From positions 784,313-848,312 of the forward strand of contig JABTUZ010000002.1 in the NCBI GenBank assembly GCA_015075105.1: DNA of 64,000 bases, written 5' to 3'. A program made the translations under genes and the position numbers. The stretch comes from Leptospiraceae bacterium. GTDB taxonomy: Bacteria; Spirochaetota; Leptospiria; Leptospirales; Leptospiraceae. A model generated the notes under the pieces. The model worked only from the letters and a program-made list of their open reading frames with translations. It did no database searches and was not told where the DNA came from. This document shows, piece after piece, positions 19,777 through 29,644 of this stretch (its first letter is position 1; each line of letters opens with the position of its first letter).

Positions 19777-21050
19777 AGGGACTCCTGCAACCTGACTAAA
19801 ATAGTTTTTTCTTTTATAATATCTGTCATCTCGTCGATTTCTTTTAAGGATTTCAGTATATCCCTCTCTTTGGATTTATGGGTAATTACGATTACCTCGA
19901 TAGGCTCTTTATTGGACTCGTTTTGTCTGACTGTGGAAATTGAAATATTATTATTGCCGAGAACATCTGTAATATGTCCAAGTACTCCAGGTTTATCTAC
20001 AGTATTAAACCTCAAGTAAAACTTAAGAACGCTTTCTTCAGGATTCATCATTTCTGCGGGAGAAAACAGATTTTTTTCTAGGGAGTTTTTATCTTTTCCG
20101 ATTCGAGAAGAATAAAAAACTAAATCAGAAACAACTGCGCTTGCAGTAGGAAGTGAGCCTGCGCCCTTCCCCATTAGAATTGTAGGACCGGAAAACTCAG
20201 AATGAAAATACACTGCGTTCATTTCGTTCATTACGTTGGCTATCGGGTGAGAGAGAGGAATCATGGCAGGATGGACTCTGGCTTCAATCAAATCTCCGTG
20301 TTTTCTGCAAATCCCCAGAAGTTTAATTCTATATCCTAATTGCTTTGCAAACAGAATTTCTGTTTTCGTGATTTTTGAAATTCCTTTGGTAAATATTTTA
20401 CTGCTTGGAATTTTTCTATCAAATACAAGTCCACCGAGTATAGAAAGCTTTTGTGCCGCATCAATTCCCTCTACGTCAAACGTCGGGTCTTTTTCTGCAA
20501 ATCCAAGCTCTTGAGCTTTTTTTAGAGCATCTGAATATTCTAAATTATCCTCTTCCATTTTAGATAAGATGAAATTTGTAGTTCCGTTTAGTATTCCATA
20601 CACAGATTCAAACTGGTTGGATACAAGTCCTGTCTTTACAGTCCGAATCACAGGGATAGCTCCACCGACTGAAGCCTCGTAACCGATTTCTACTCCATTA
20701 TCAGATGCGAGTTGGAAAAGCTCTTCTCCTTTTTCAGCTATGAGTGCCTTATTCGCAGTAATGACTGTTTTTTTTGAGAGTAAAGATTTTTTTACAATTT
20801 CGTAAGCTATAGTAGTTCCACCTATTAGCTCTACTACAATATCAATATCTTTTTTGGACAGAACATCTTCAAAATTATCGGTGACTGGAATAGAAGTGAG
20901 TTTTTTAATCTTTTCAGTATCTTTATCACAAATTAGTGCTAAGTTTAGCTCAATTCCTGATCTATCTTGGATTAGCTTTTTTCTTTTTTCAAGAATTGAA
21001 ATAAGCCCTGAGCCTACAGTTCCGCCACCCACCAACGCTACATTAAACAT
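19773..21050 (-). CDS. hom: homoserine dehydrogenase with C-terminal ACT domain
   Basis: 'VALVGGGTVGSG' NAD-binding fold, catalytic domain '...GILNGTTNFILS...', ACT tail. Confidence 0.92.
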   Translation of the reverse strand: MFNVALVGGGTVGSGLISILEKRKKLIQDRSGIELNLALICDKDTEKIKKLTSIPVTDNFEDVLSKKDIDIVVELIGGTTIAYEIVKKSLLSKKTVITANKALIAEKGEELFQLASDNGVEIGYEASVGGAIPVIRTVKTGLVSNQFESVYGILNGTTNFILSKMEEDNLEYSDALKKAQELGFAEKDPTFDVEGIDAAQKLSILGGLVFDRKIPSSKIFTKGISKITKTEILFAKQLGYRIKLLGICRKHGDLIEARVHPAMIPLSHPIANVMNEMNAVYFHSEFSGPTILMGKGAGSLPTASAVVSDLVFYSSRIGKDKNSLEKNLFSPAEMMNPEESVLKFYLRFNTVDKPGVLGHITDVLGNNNISISTVRQNESNKEPIEVIVITHKSKERDILKSLKEIDEMTDIIKEKTILVRLQESL

Positions 21051-21167
21051 TTTTTACTCCGATAGTTTTAATCGTTCAAATTACACAAATAAAACATTTT
21101 TATCTCTTTATGCAAAATGTAGCTATTATTGAAAGTTGATTTTCCTCTTCTACACTAAAAAATTCTT

Positions 21168-22640
21168 TTAATTAGCCCCCGTTATCGCTATCCCCGAAGG
21201 TGTCGTACCTGTGGCTCCAGAGGAAGAAACTGTCGGGACTCCCGTACTTTGATCAATTGCGCTAACATAGAAAGTGTTTGTAACAGAATTGATTGAATAT
21301 AAAAATTTTCCGGAAGGGTCAATTATTAGTCCAGTTGGTAAATCGCCACTGGTAGTAACTGTTCCTCCAGAAGTTAAAACTCCAGTAGTAGAATTTATAG
21401 TATAACCTGCAATTGTACCTGTTCCACTACCATTATAGCCAAGATATACAAACCTGCCGAGAGGATCCATCGCAACTGATTGAGAAGATGTACCAGTTAC
21501 AGAAGCAGATGCTATATAGCTCAAAGCACCCGTCGAACCTATTGAGCTGTAGTCAATTTGTTGTGGTGCAGCTGAAGCTGAATAAAGGAATTTACTATCC
21601 GGGGATATTTCTATTGCTCTGGAATTATTCCCGGTGTTGTATGAATTGATAAGACTAAGTGCTCCTGAAGTTGGATTGATCGAATAAGAATATATTGAAG
21701 ATGTAGGAGATTGACACGCTACAAATAGAAATTTTCCGTAAGGGTCGATCTTGATCCAAGCCCCATCCAACCCCGTTGGAAATGATCCGGATGAGGTAAG
21801 TGCCCCCGTGCTTAGATCGGCTGTGTATTGATAGATAGTTGAAGACTGATCTACTGAATACACAAATTTACCTGTAGGGTGGATAGCAACCGATTGGGGA
21901 CCTGTTCCGGTAGATAAAGTAGAAGTAGCAGAATTTAACGATCCGTCAGTTTGATTAATTGTATGAAGTGAGATTGTACTTGTAGAAGGGTAAACAACAT
22001 ATAAAAATTTTCCGGTTGGGTCTATAGTTAGTCCCGTGGGACCGGATCCCGAAACTGGAGTAGAAGTATTTGATAAAGAGCCGTCTGTAGAATTTACAGT
22101 AAAAACAGAAATTGTAGTTGCACCACCATTTGTGACGTATAAATACTTAGGTACACTAAACAAGGTTTGAATTGTAACGCTTCCAGTAGCAGAGCCACCA
22201 CTATTGGATCCGGTGATTGTGTAAGTAGTCATTGCCGTGCCAGTGGTAGGTGTTCCGCTAAGCACACAGTTGCTGCTTAAAACTAATCCGGTAGGTAAGG
22301 TCGGACTTGAGGTGCAAGAAGTTGGAGTTCCACCTGTTATAGTAGGGGTTACGCTCGTAATGACAGAATTTTGCCTAAAAAGATAGGGAGTAGGTGAGTA
22401 GGTTATCGAATTTGGTTTACTGCCTAAAAGAGAGCAATACGCAGAGCTATCTCCCGTAAACGCTTTAGAAAAGAGGGTATTCTGGTAGGTTTTAGAATTT
22501 GGATCGCATGGATTTTCAAATCTAGGATTCTTGCAAGAAAAGTGCAATAGGATAAATGAAATAGCTGCAGTAATCTGAAAAGGCAATAAAACTCTTCTAA
22601 AATCAAAAATAAAATTTTTAATATTATGTCTTATAAACAT
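21168..22640 (-). CDS. lipoprotein with Ig-like segment and lactonase-type beta-propeller repeats
   Basis: Lipobox 'LLHFSC'. Six repeats of 'D/HP.GKF.Y' (DPTGKFLYV, HPTGKFVYS, DPYGKFLFV, SPDSKFLYS, DPLGRFVYL, DPSGKFLYS). T/S/G-rich. Confidence 0.7.
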   Translation of the reverse strand: MFIRHNIKNFIFDFRRVLLPFQITAAISFILLHFSCKNPRFENPCDPNSKTYQNTLFSKAFTGDSSAYCSLLGSKPNSITYSPTPYLFRQNSVITSVTPTITGGTPTSCTSSPTLPTGLVLSSNCVLSGTPTTGTAMTTYTITGSNSGGSATGSVTIQTLFSVPKYLYVTNGGATTISVFTVNSTDGSLSNTSTPVSGSGPTGLTIDPTGKFLYVVYPSTSTISLHTINQTDGSLNSATSTLSTGTGPQSVAIHPTGKFVYSVDQSSTIYQYTADLSTGALTSSGSFPTGLDGAWIKIDPYGKFLFVACQSPTSSIYSYSINPTSGALSLINSYNTGNNSRAIEISPDSKFLYSASAAPQQIDYSSIGSTGALSYIASASVTGTSSQSVAMDPLGRFVYLGYNGSGTGTIAGYTINSTTGVLTSGGTVTTSGDLPTGLIIDPSGKFLYSINSVTNTFYVSAIDQSTGVPTVSSSGATGTTPSGIAITGAN

Positions 22641-22728
22641 AGACTCCTCCGTAAAGGGATGATACTCCCTTTATATATTATATAAAGATAATTATTTGAA
22701 AAGGACAAAAAAAAGAATTTTTTTTAAA

Positions 22729-22847
22729 ATTTATGACACTTCTACAAAAACTCTAAATGAGTTTTGTATCGCTATGAATGGCAATTTCCCTGAGTTTTTG
22801 AGCATATATTTCCAAGAAAGACTTTTTGCAGGTACGCTATTTTTATA
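22729..22847 (+). repeat. dispersed TIR element, copy A
   Basis: ATTTATGACACTTCTACAAAAACTC ... TGAATGGCAATTTCCC ... TTTTTGCAGGTACGCTATTTTTATA. Alignable over its full length with copy B; ends exactly at the stop codon of the 22843-23448 gene. Confidence 0.75.
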
Positions 22848-23448
22848 GACCATACTGCTCTATTTTAGTAGTTTTTAAGAACTTTTTATTGTCTTGCCAT
22901 ACTATTATTCCTGTAGATAGCCTTAAAAGCCTTAGAGTGACTACTAAATATTGGACTTTTTTACCATCAAAATACCTAACGTTATCAGAAATTTCTCCAC
23001 TCAATTTGTAATTGGGAGATTTTAGATTGCCCAAGGGGATTCGAGTTTCGGAGTCTATGAGCCCCGATTTTCCAAGAATAGCTTCTTGAATAGAATCTAA
23101 TCTTTGGGCTCTGTCTATGAAATGGATTTGCCTTTTGATTAAGTTTGTAGAAATTTCATTGGAAAGTAATTTTGTGTCTATATGCTCTGAGGAGCGGTTT
23201 TCTATTTTTTGAAGTTCCAAAAAGGTTGGCTCATTTTTTGATTTTAAAAAATCATAAATTAAGTCAACCATTGCAGTTACTGTTTTTTGAATTTCAACCG
23301 GACCCCATTCGATACTACCTTCAGTTTGTGTCGGGTCGCTGTAACGAGTCCCTCCCGATGCACAAGCAATTGGAAGAAAGATGAAGCAGAATAGAAATGC
23401 GACCCTTATTGCAATTGATCGAATCTCAGAAATTACGCAAAGCCTCAT
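22843..23448 (-). CDS. lipoprotein, LpoB-like (penicillin-binding-protein activator family)
   Basis: Lipobox 'PIACAS'; overall pattern incl. 'IENRSSEHID' and 'YKLSGEISD...TGIIVW' resembles LpoB/COG3417. Confidence 0.5.
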   Translation of the reverse strand: MRLCVISEIRSIAIRVAFLFCFIFLPIACASGGTRYSDPTQTEGSIEWGPVEIQKTVTAMVDLIYDFLKSKNEPTFLELQKIENRSSEHIDTKLLSNEISTNLIKRQIHFIDRAQRLDSIQEAILGKSGLIDSETRIPLGNLKSPNYKLSGEISDNVRYFDGKKVQYLVVTLRLLRLSTGIIVWQDNKKFLKTTKIEQYGL

Positions 23449-24632
23449 TGAATTTGTTTTGTGTTTTGCGAGTTGTGTTTCTTGCTTAGTTTGATTATGA
23501 TCTGATACTCATTTTTTCCATAACCAAAACGAAAGTCCAATCTTTTTGGACGCTGTTCGTGAAAAAGTTTTTCTAAAGGTTTTTGGTATTTGTCTTTAAA
23601 TGCCTTTATAGGTTGACCATAAGTTCCAAAAACCCGTATATCCCAATTCTTATCGAATGAATTGATTTTTGGTCCGGTATCGTCCATTACGATGACTTCT
23701 GCATTTTTTTGAACATAGTCTTTTAAGTTGCTAAAATTTTTTCCATGCGGTAGGTACGACGCTGCTTTAAACGAGACTGCTACATCTCCCTTATTTTTTA
23801 AAAATTTCTCAATCCCTGAATTGCTTGTGAATCCTTTATTAGACACATCCGCAGTGAAATAGTAAATTGTCTTTATATTCTCTTCTGCCAGTAGCTTATC
23901 TTTTTCTATAAATTGAATTTTAATTCCATTTAGATTTTTGTCTGCTTGCAATGACTCATTGTTTGAAAGAGGCTCTACTTGACCCGAAGAATTAATTTTT
24001 ACATATTGAATGCTTAGAGGAGTCAGATCTAAAAAACCAAGATAGGTTAAAAATATCGGGATGGTTCCTTTGATTTTAGATCGATTGATATCTTTACTCA
24101 TGGACTTTGTTACAAAAAAATTTCTTCGAGAAATAGATTCCAAGGCAACCTGTATTTCGTTGAGACCGGCAGAAAGCTCAGTATCCGAATATTTTTCAAA
24201 ATTTGGGATTTCTCCGATAGTTTCTAAACCAATCATAATGTATTGTTTTGCATTTGGATAAATCGAATAGATATTAAGAAAATCGGGACCGGAAAAAGGA
24301 TAGAATACGCTTTCTGCTTTTACATTGGTCACATTTTCGTCGCTCCATTTTCGAATTGGAGTGATCGTTTTCGTTTGAAAATAATTTAAGTATCTTCTTA
24401 AAATATCTTTGTATTTTCCGTAATTCCCTTTTTTTATAAATTCAGCTAAGCGGTTATCTTGTAAATCAGTATGACCGGAAAGAAATTTTGATTTCTCGGA
24501 AAGCATTTTACTTTCTTCGATTTGTGACTTTGTAAAAGCTCCTCCACCAAAACAAGAGAAGAAGAAAAGTATCCCTGAAAGTAGGAATAGAATTTTTAGT
24601 TGTCTGTTTATTTTTTTATTATCAAAAAACAT
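23445..24632 (-). CDS. hypothetical lipoprotein
   Basis: 395 aa; lipobox 'FFFSC'; 4-nt overlap with the downstream gene; no family recognised. Confidence 0.5.
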   Translation of the reverse strand: MFFDNKKINRQLKILFLLSGILFFFSCFGGGAFTKSQIEESKMLSEKSKFLSGHTDLQDNRLAEFIKKGNYGKYKDILRRYLNYFQTKTITPIRKWSDENVTNVKAESVFYPFSGPDFLNIYSIYPNAKQYIMIGLETIGEIPNFEKYSDTELSAGLNEIQVALESISRRNFFVTKSMSKDINRSKIKGTIPIFLTYLGFLDLTPLSIQYVKINSSGQVEPLSNNESLQADKNLNGIKIQFIEKDKLLAEENIKTIYYFTADVSNKGFTSNSGIEKFLKNKGDVAVSFKAASYLPHGKNFSNLKDYVQKNAEVIVMDDTGPKINSFDKNWDIRVFGTYGQPIKAFKDKYQKPLEKLFHEQRPKRLDFRFGYGKNEYQIIIKLSKKHNSQNTKQIQ

Positions 24633-24633
24633 T

Positions 24634-25641
24634 TTAGTGGTGAACTCCTTCTCTTTTTAGATCCCTACCCATTAAATCTCTCACTACATCTTTTGGAGGT
24701 TTATTTTCGTACAACATTTTATAGACTTCTTCTGTAATCGGCATATCTAAACTCATTTTTTTTGCAAGGTCATAAGTACTCTTTGTAGTCTTTACACCCT
24801 CTGCAACTTCACTCATACTGTTTAATATATCGGTGAGGGTGCGTCCCTTCCCTAATTCAAAACCTACTGTTCTGTTTCTGGATTGCTCTCCACAACAGGT
24901 CAATACCAAATCTCCCATTCCAGAAGGTCCGAGAAAAGTCAGAGGGTCAGCCCCTTTTTTAATTCCCATCTTGGTGATTTCGTGAAGACCTCTTGTAATA
25001 AGGGCAGCTCTGGTGTTTTGTCCAAACCCAAGTCCGTCGCTCACACCCGCGGCTATTGCAATTACGTTTTTTAAAGCACCACCTATTTCAACTCCTACTA
25101 CATCGGGAGTCCAATACGTTCTAAAGTAAGTAAAGCTAAAAATAGATTGTACATTTTTTGCATTGGCTTCATTCTTAGATGCAATGCTTACGATAGTTGG
25201 AACTTTACTTACAATTTCTTTTGCAAAGCTGGGGCCGGAAATATAGGATAGATAAGGGTGGTATTTTCCTGGTAATTCTGTTTCAAATATTTCAGAAACT
25301 AGTCTCAGAGTGTCGTTTTCTATTCCCTTGGTCGCAGACACAATCGGGATCTTTTCAGGGATAATGTTTTTTATGTCTCGTAGAATGGAACTTAAAACAT
25401 GGGAAGGAGGAACTGATAAAAGTAAATTCTTGTCTTTTACGACTTCTTCGAGATCGGTAGAGGCTTTTAATTTTTCAGGAAGAGTGTATTTTGGGAGGTA
25501 TTTAGCGTTTATATGGTTAGAATTAATACTATCAGCTTGCTCTTTGGATCTTGTCCACATCAAGACTTCATAACCCTTGTCTGCCAATAAACTGCCGAGT
25601 GCAGTGCCAAAACTTCCGGAACCAATAATTCCAATTTTCAT
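24634..25641 (-). CDS. gpsA: NAD(P)H-dependent glycerol-3-phosphate dehydrogenase
   Basis: '[15 protein letters not shown]' Rossmann motif; '[12 protein letters not shown]'. Confidence 0.93.
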   Translation of the reverse strand: MKIGIIGSGSFGTALGSLLADKGYEVLMWTRSKEQADSINSNHINAKYLPKYTLPEKLKASTDLEEVVKDKNLLLSVPPSHVLSSILRDIKNIIPEKIPIVSATKGIENDTLRLVSEIFETELPGKYHPYLSYISGPSFAKEIVSKVPTIVSIASKNEANAKNVQSIFSFTYFRTYWTPDVVGVEIGGALKNVIAIAAGVSDGLGFGQNTRAALITRGLHEITKMGIKKGADPLTFLGPSGMGDLVLTCCGEQSRNRTVGFELGKGRTLTDILNSMSEVAEGVKTTKSTYDLAKKMSLDMPITEEVYKMLYENKPPKDVVRDLMGRDLKREGVHH

Positions 25642-25713
25642 CTTAGCCTCCTGAATTTAAAAAATTTTTACAAAAGATTGCAATAAAATGAATATTCTTT
25701 TTTCTATTCTTGT

Positions 25714-25800
25714 CTTGTCAAATTCTACAATTTTTTCATTTAGAAAAAATTTCCTTTTTTAGACGTTTTTCACAAAAGAGTCTTTGGATCGTCTTATAAA
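25714..25800 (+). repeat. short degenerate copy of the dispersed TIR element
   Basis: 'TGTCAAATTCTACAA' (left block), 'AATTTCCTTTTTT' (central), 'TTTGGATCGTCTTATAAA' (right block), in the same order as in A/B. Confidence 0.35.
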
Positions 25801-25836
25801 AACTAAAAAAAGAGAGACATAAAGAGTAAAAAATAT

Positions 25837-25884
25837 TTGACTAAAATTTTATAAAAATATCATAAGGGGTATGGTATATGATAT
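25837..25884 (+). promoter_or_regulatory. candidate promoter plus CsoR-type operator: 8-bp perfect inverted repeat around a G-tract
   Basis: TTGACT (25837-25842), with TATCAT ~15-16 nt downstream. ATATCATA (25857-25864) - AGGGGTATGGTA - TATGATAT (25877-25884), ending at the ATG at 25883. Confidence 0.45.
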
Positions 25885-26140
25885 GGATGAGAAAAAAGCT
25901 TTAATAAATCGCTTGAGTAGAATTGAAGGACAAATCGCTGCAATCAAAAGAGATCTAATGACTGAAAAGAAAGATTGCGAAAAAACTCTCCACCTCTTAA
26001 AAGCAGCAAATCATGCCATGAAAAAATTTGGAGAAGCCTATATTTCTCACCATATTGATGTTTGTATCAGGTCAGGCTCAAATAAAAAAGAAGTAGAGAA
26101 CGACATTCGTAAAGCAATAACCGCAGCATTCTCGTTTTAA
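25883..26140 (+). CDS. CsoR/RcnR-family metal-sensing transcriptional repressor
   Basis: 'LINRLSRIEGQIAAIKRDL'; candidate ligands C-H-C (CEKT...H...HHIDVC). An alternative start at 25871 lies inside the palindrome. Confidence 0.8.
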   Translation: MDEKKALINRLSRIEGQIAAIKRDLMTEKKDCEKTLHLLKAANHAMKKFGEAYISHHIDVCIRSGSNKKEVENDIRKAITAAFSF

Positions 26141-26154
26141 AAAATTTTGAGAAA

Positions 26155-27204
26155 TTATTTTTGAATTAATAAAGCCCTTTCTTTCATTGTTAGGCTTTTT
26201 AATTTTTCTATTTCAATGTGAAACTTTTTAAAATCCTTTCCACACCGATGAAAGACATCTCTAAAATACCTTCCACCGGAATTGTATCTTAGATAACCTA
26301 TAAAATCTTCATTATTGAATTTTCTTTCTAAAAATTTTTTCCTATTCATTTCCGAAAATGAAATATTGTCTAAGATAGATTTTTTAAACTCTTCAATAAG
26401 AATATTTTTTTGTTGAAGTTTCTCTGCATCGGAAATATTTTTATCATACATTTCATTCAATTGATTTGCAGTTTTTTTTACTAACTCGGAGAATATTTTA
26501 TTTTCAGATTTTCTCTTTTCGTTTTCTTTTAGTATCTCCTCTTTATTCAAAGAAGTAAAAAAAATTTTCAACCCTTCCTCTTCTACAAAACTTGCATAAG
26601 ACTCATTAAACACACCATCTCCGTTTATGTAAATTGTAGAGTGTGCCATCTCGTGAAAAATAAGACCCGCTAAATAAAATTCATCTGTCTTTAATTGAGT
26701 AGAGAAAATCGGATCGGAAAACCAACCGAGTGTAGAATACCCTCCGGTGATTCTAATTTTCGTATCAAAACCTTTTTCTATTAAAATTTTTTCTTCTTCC
26801 TTCGCTTTTTCCAAATCAAAAAAACCTTTATAGGGCACACTCCCTACAATCGGAAACCACCATTGATACGATTCTAATTTCAAAGGGTAAGATGCACTTA
26901 CATTCCAGCCAATTTCATCTCGATCTAAATGTATGTAATATACAAACCCTCCCTTTGGATTTAAGCCCAATTTTTCTATTGCAAAAATTCTAGTTTGTGT
27001 TACGAAATCTAATTTTTCTTTTATTTGGAGGTCTTTTGTTTCATGTATGACATTTTCGATTTTTTCTTTTTTGAGTACGATCCGAATTTGTTCCTTCCCT
27101 ACGTGGTACAAATAAGGGATACAAGTTTGAAATATAATTGAAAACACGATAATTGCAATAATTCGATAAGGTACGGCTGAATAAAAAAATTTTTTCTTTT
27201 TCAT
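26155..27204 (-). CDS. predicted zinc aminopeptidase (DUF2265/COG4324-like)
   Basis: N-terminal TM/signal; 'HEMAH' zinc motif in 'LIFHEMAHSTIY'. Confidence 0.6.
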   Translation of the reverse strand: MKKKKFFYSAVPYRIIAIIVFSIIFQTCIPYLYHVGKEQIRIVLKKEKIENVIHETKDLQIKEKLDFVTQTRIFAIEKLGLNPKGGFVYYIHLDRDEIGWNVSASYPLKLESYQWWFPIVGSVPYKGFFDLEKAKEEEKILIEKGFDTKIRITGGYSTLGWFSDPIFSTQLKTDEFYLAGLIFHEMAHSTIYINGDGVFNESYASFVEEEGLKIFFTSLNKEEILKENEKRKSENKIFSELVKKTANQLNEMYDKNISDAEKLQQKNILIEEFKKSILDNISFSEMNRKKFLERKFNNEDFIGYLRYNSGGRYFRDVFHRCGKDFKKFHIEIEKLKSLTMKERALLIQK

Positions 27205-27211
27205 ATATTGT

Positions 27212-27886
27212 CTATTGTTTCGTTCTTTCCAAATAGTAAATTCTCTTTCCTTCTCTGATTTTCATACTTTCAAATTTGGATACAGGAAATATTTTTCTTG
27301 AAAATGAATATTCTTCCGTAAAAGAAAATTTCTGGTTCATTTTTCTAAATATCGATATGACTTGCCTTGCGTAAGGGCCATAGTCTGTAGCAAATTGAAA
27401 TTTACCGTTAGGCTTTAAAATACTCCAAATCAAATTTAAGAAATCTTCGGAGATCGTTCTATTTTTTTTGTGCTTTTTTTTGGGCCATGGATCTGGAAAA
27501 TTTAGAATTATCCAATCAAACGTTAAAGGAGAGAATATTTCCTTTAGAAACCAATTAAAATTCACAGAAATAATTCTAATATTGATTAAATTTTTTTGTT
27601 GTATCTTACGAAGTGTATTTTGAATTCTATCCTTTTTCTTTTCCATTAAAACAAAACCGATGTTCGGATTTTCAAGTGCGAGGCGAATTGCAACTTCTCC
27701 CCAACCTGAGCCTAACTCTAAACAATACGATTGAATTTCACCAGAAAAATATTTTTTTATATCGCAAGGAGTTTTCCATTCAGGAACAATTAAAAATTCT
27801 GAAATCAAGGGAGGTTTTGCCGCTATAGACCATAGTTTTTTTTGCAATTGAATATTCAGTAATGATTTGTCTTGTGACTTTGCCAA
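27212..27886 (-). CDS. trmB: tRNA (guanine-N7)-methyltransferase
   Basis: 'LELGSGWGE' SAM motif and 'NFPDPWPKKKHKKNR'. Confidence 0.85.
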   Translation of the reverse strand: MAKSQDKSLLNIQLQKKLWSIAAKPPLISEFLIVPEWKTPCDIKKYFSGEIQSYCLELGSGWGEVAIRLALENPNIGFVLMEKKKDRIQNTLRKIQQKNLINIRIISVNFNWFLKEIFSPLTFDWIILNFPDPWPKKKHKKNRTISEDFLNLIWSILKPNGKFQFATDYGPYARQVISIFRKMNQKFSFTEEYSFSRKIFPVSKFESMKIREGKRIYYLERTKQ

Positions 27887-27941
27887 AGTGTACCTGATTT
27901 TTTTTAATTAAGTATCAAGTTTTCAAATTAGTTTGAAAAGT

Positions 27942-29054
27942 CTATTTTCTTTCTATTTTTACCAAGGTCTCAAAATAGTGGGTTCTCGGAAAAAAATCAA
28001 ACAGAGAAATATCGGTAATTTTATACCCCAATTGAAAAAAAAATTTTAGGTCTCTTGCAAGGGTAACATAATTACAACTCGAATAAATCAAAAGTTCTGG
28101 TTTGCATTTTTCAAATAATCGAAAAATTTCTCTTCCTAAACCGTTTCTGGGTGGGTTGACAATCCAGTGTTTTGCAGAAAAATTTTCTACATTATTTTGA
28201 GAAGAGTATAGATCGCTTTGGATAAATTTTAGATTTTTCTTTTCATTTCGTATCGAATTTTTCTTGGAAAACTCAATAGATTTTTTATCTATTTCCATGC
28301 AAGTAGATTTTAAAATTAAATCAGAAATTGAAATAGAAATCAAACCACACCCTGAAAAAAGCTCTACGAATTCTACTTTTGTTTTTGGAAGAAGAGATCG
28401 GATTTCTTTGATCCAATTGGAAATCAAAAATCTATTCACTTGAAAAAACCCGTTTATCGGAATTTCAAAAACATATTCTCCAATCCTAAGCATAGAAATT
28501 TTTTTAGAATAATCTACAACACCTGTTTCGCTCAATCTTAGTTTGAACTCCTTAGAAAAAGTCGTATTTTTGGGATTTAAGATAAATGAATTTAACTCGT
28601 TTGATAAATTTTTGCAACCGTATTTTGGAAAATCTACTAAGGTGTTGGAGCCGGATTGAAAAAATCCGATTCTATTCCCTTGAGTTTTTAGCTGAACATT
28701 ATTTCTGTAATTCTCAGATTCACTTGAAACTATTTTTATATCCTTTTTGTAATACAATTCCTTCCTGAGTAAATCTTCCTTCACCTTCAACTCTTCCAAA
28801 TAACTTATGTGGCGAAATTGACAACCCCCACACTTTAAGAAAATTTCGCAGTCGTTGGAAACTCGTATCTCTGACGGAAAAACAACTTCTCTCACACTTA
28901 GGAGCTTCAACTTTGAAGTATTTTTTACTAATTCACACTTAACCTCTTCGTTTGGGATGGCACCTGCAATAAAATAGGTTTCTCCTTGGTAATAGCCTAT
29001 ACATAGACCGTTGTTCACCCATTTTTCGGCTTTGATTTTTATTAGCTCTGTCAT
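27942..29054 (-). CDS. RNA (uracil-5)-methyltransferase, RlmD/TrmA family
   Basis: Fe-S Cys cluster 'CGGCQFRH', 'FSGCGL' SAM motif, 'NPPRNG', catalytic 'YSSCN'. Confidence 0.8.
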   Translation of the reverse strand: MTELIKIKAEKWVNNGLCIGYYQGETYFIAGAIPNEEVKCELVKNTSKLKLLSVREVVFPSEIRVSNDCEIFLKCGGCQFRHISYLEELKVKEDLLRKELYYKKDIKIVSSESENYRNNVQLKTQGNRIGFFQSGSNTLVDFPKYGCKNLSNELNSFILNPKNTTFSKEFKLRLSETGVVDYSKKISMLRIGEYVFEIPINGFFQVNRFLISNWIKEIRSLLPKTKVEFVELFSGCGLISISISDLILKSTCMEIDKKSIEFSKKNSIRNEKKNLKFIQSDLYSSQNNVENFSAKHWIVNPPRNGLGREIFRLFEKCKPELLIYSSCNYVTLARDLKFFFQLGYKITDISLFDFFPRTHYFETLVKIERK

Positions 29055-29126
29055 GTAAATTTAACTGCAAAGTTCAACTTAAAAAAAATGGATACTCTTT
29101 CATATATGATTCTTTTAGGAAATCTG

Positions 29127-29246
29127 ATTTGCCCACTTCTACAAAAACCCTTAAATAGAATTTTTCGTTGTTTACAAGTTGTCGATTTACAATATTTTTT
29201 CTATATGTTTGTTTGTAACAATAATTTTCGCAGGCGTATCTTTAAG
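29127..29246 (+). repeat. dispersed TIR element, copy D
   Basis: GATTTGCCCACTTCTACAAAAACCCTTAAATAGAATTTTTCG ... AATTTTCGCAGGCGTATCTTTAAG; the first ~35 nt are nearly identical to copy A. Confidence 0.65.
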
Positions 29247-29322
29247 ATATCAATGTAGAAAACGTGCAAAACAAGAATAAAATTGAAAAATTCACAGAAA
29301 TCAAAAGCGAATAGAAATATAC

Positions 29323-29351
29323 TTGACAATATAGGGTATTTTTGTTATACA
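29323..29351 (+). promoter_or_regulatory. sigma70-like promoter of the tRNA-Ser pair
   Basis: TTGACA (29323-29328), 17-nt spacer, TATACA (29346-29351), 13 nt before the tRNA 5' end. Confidence 0.5.
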
Positions 29352-29364
29352 GTCATTACATTTT

Positions 29365-29447
<83 letters not shown>

Positions 29448-29448
29448 A

Positions 29449-29539
<91 letters not shown>

Positions 29540-29644
29540 AAATTTGGGATTCGAAAATATTTTCTTTTTTATGAAAAATGAATTGCCCTTCCGATAAATT
29601 TCTATATAGTTACCTAAGCAAACAAATTTAAAAAGAAATTACTT

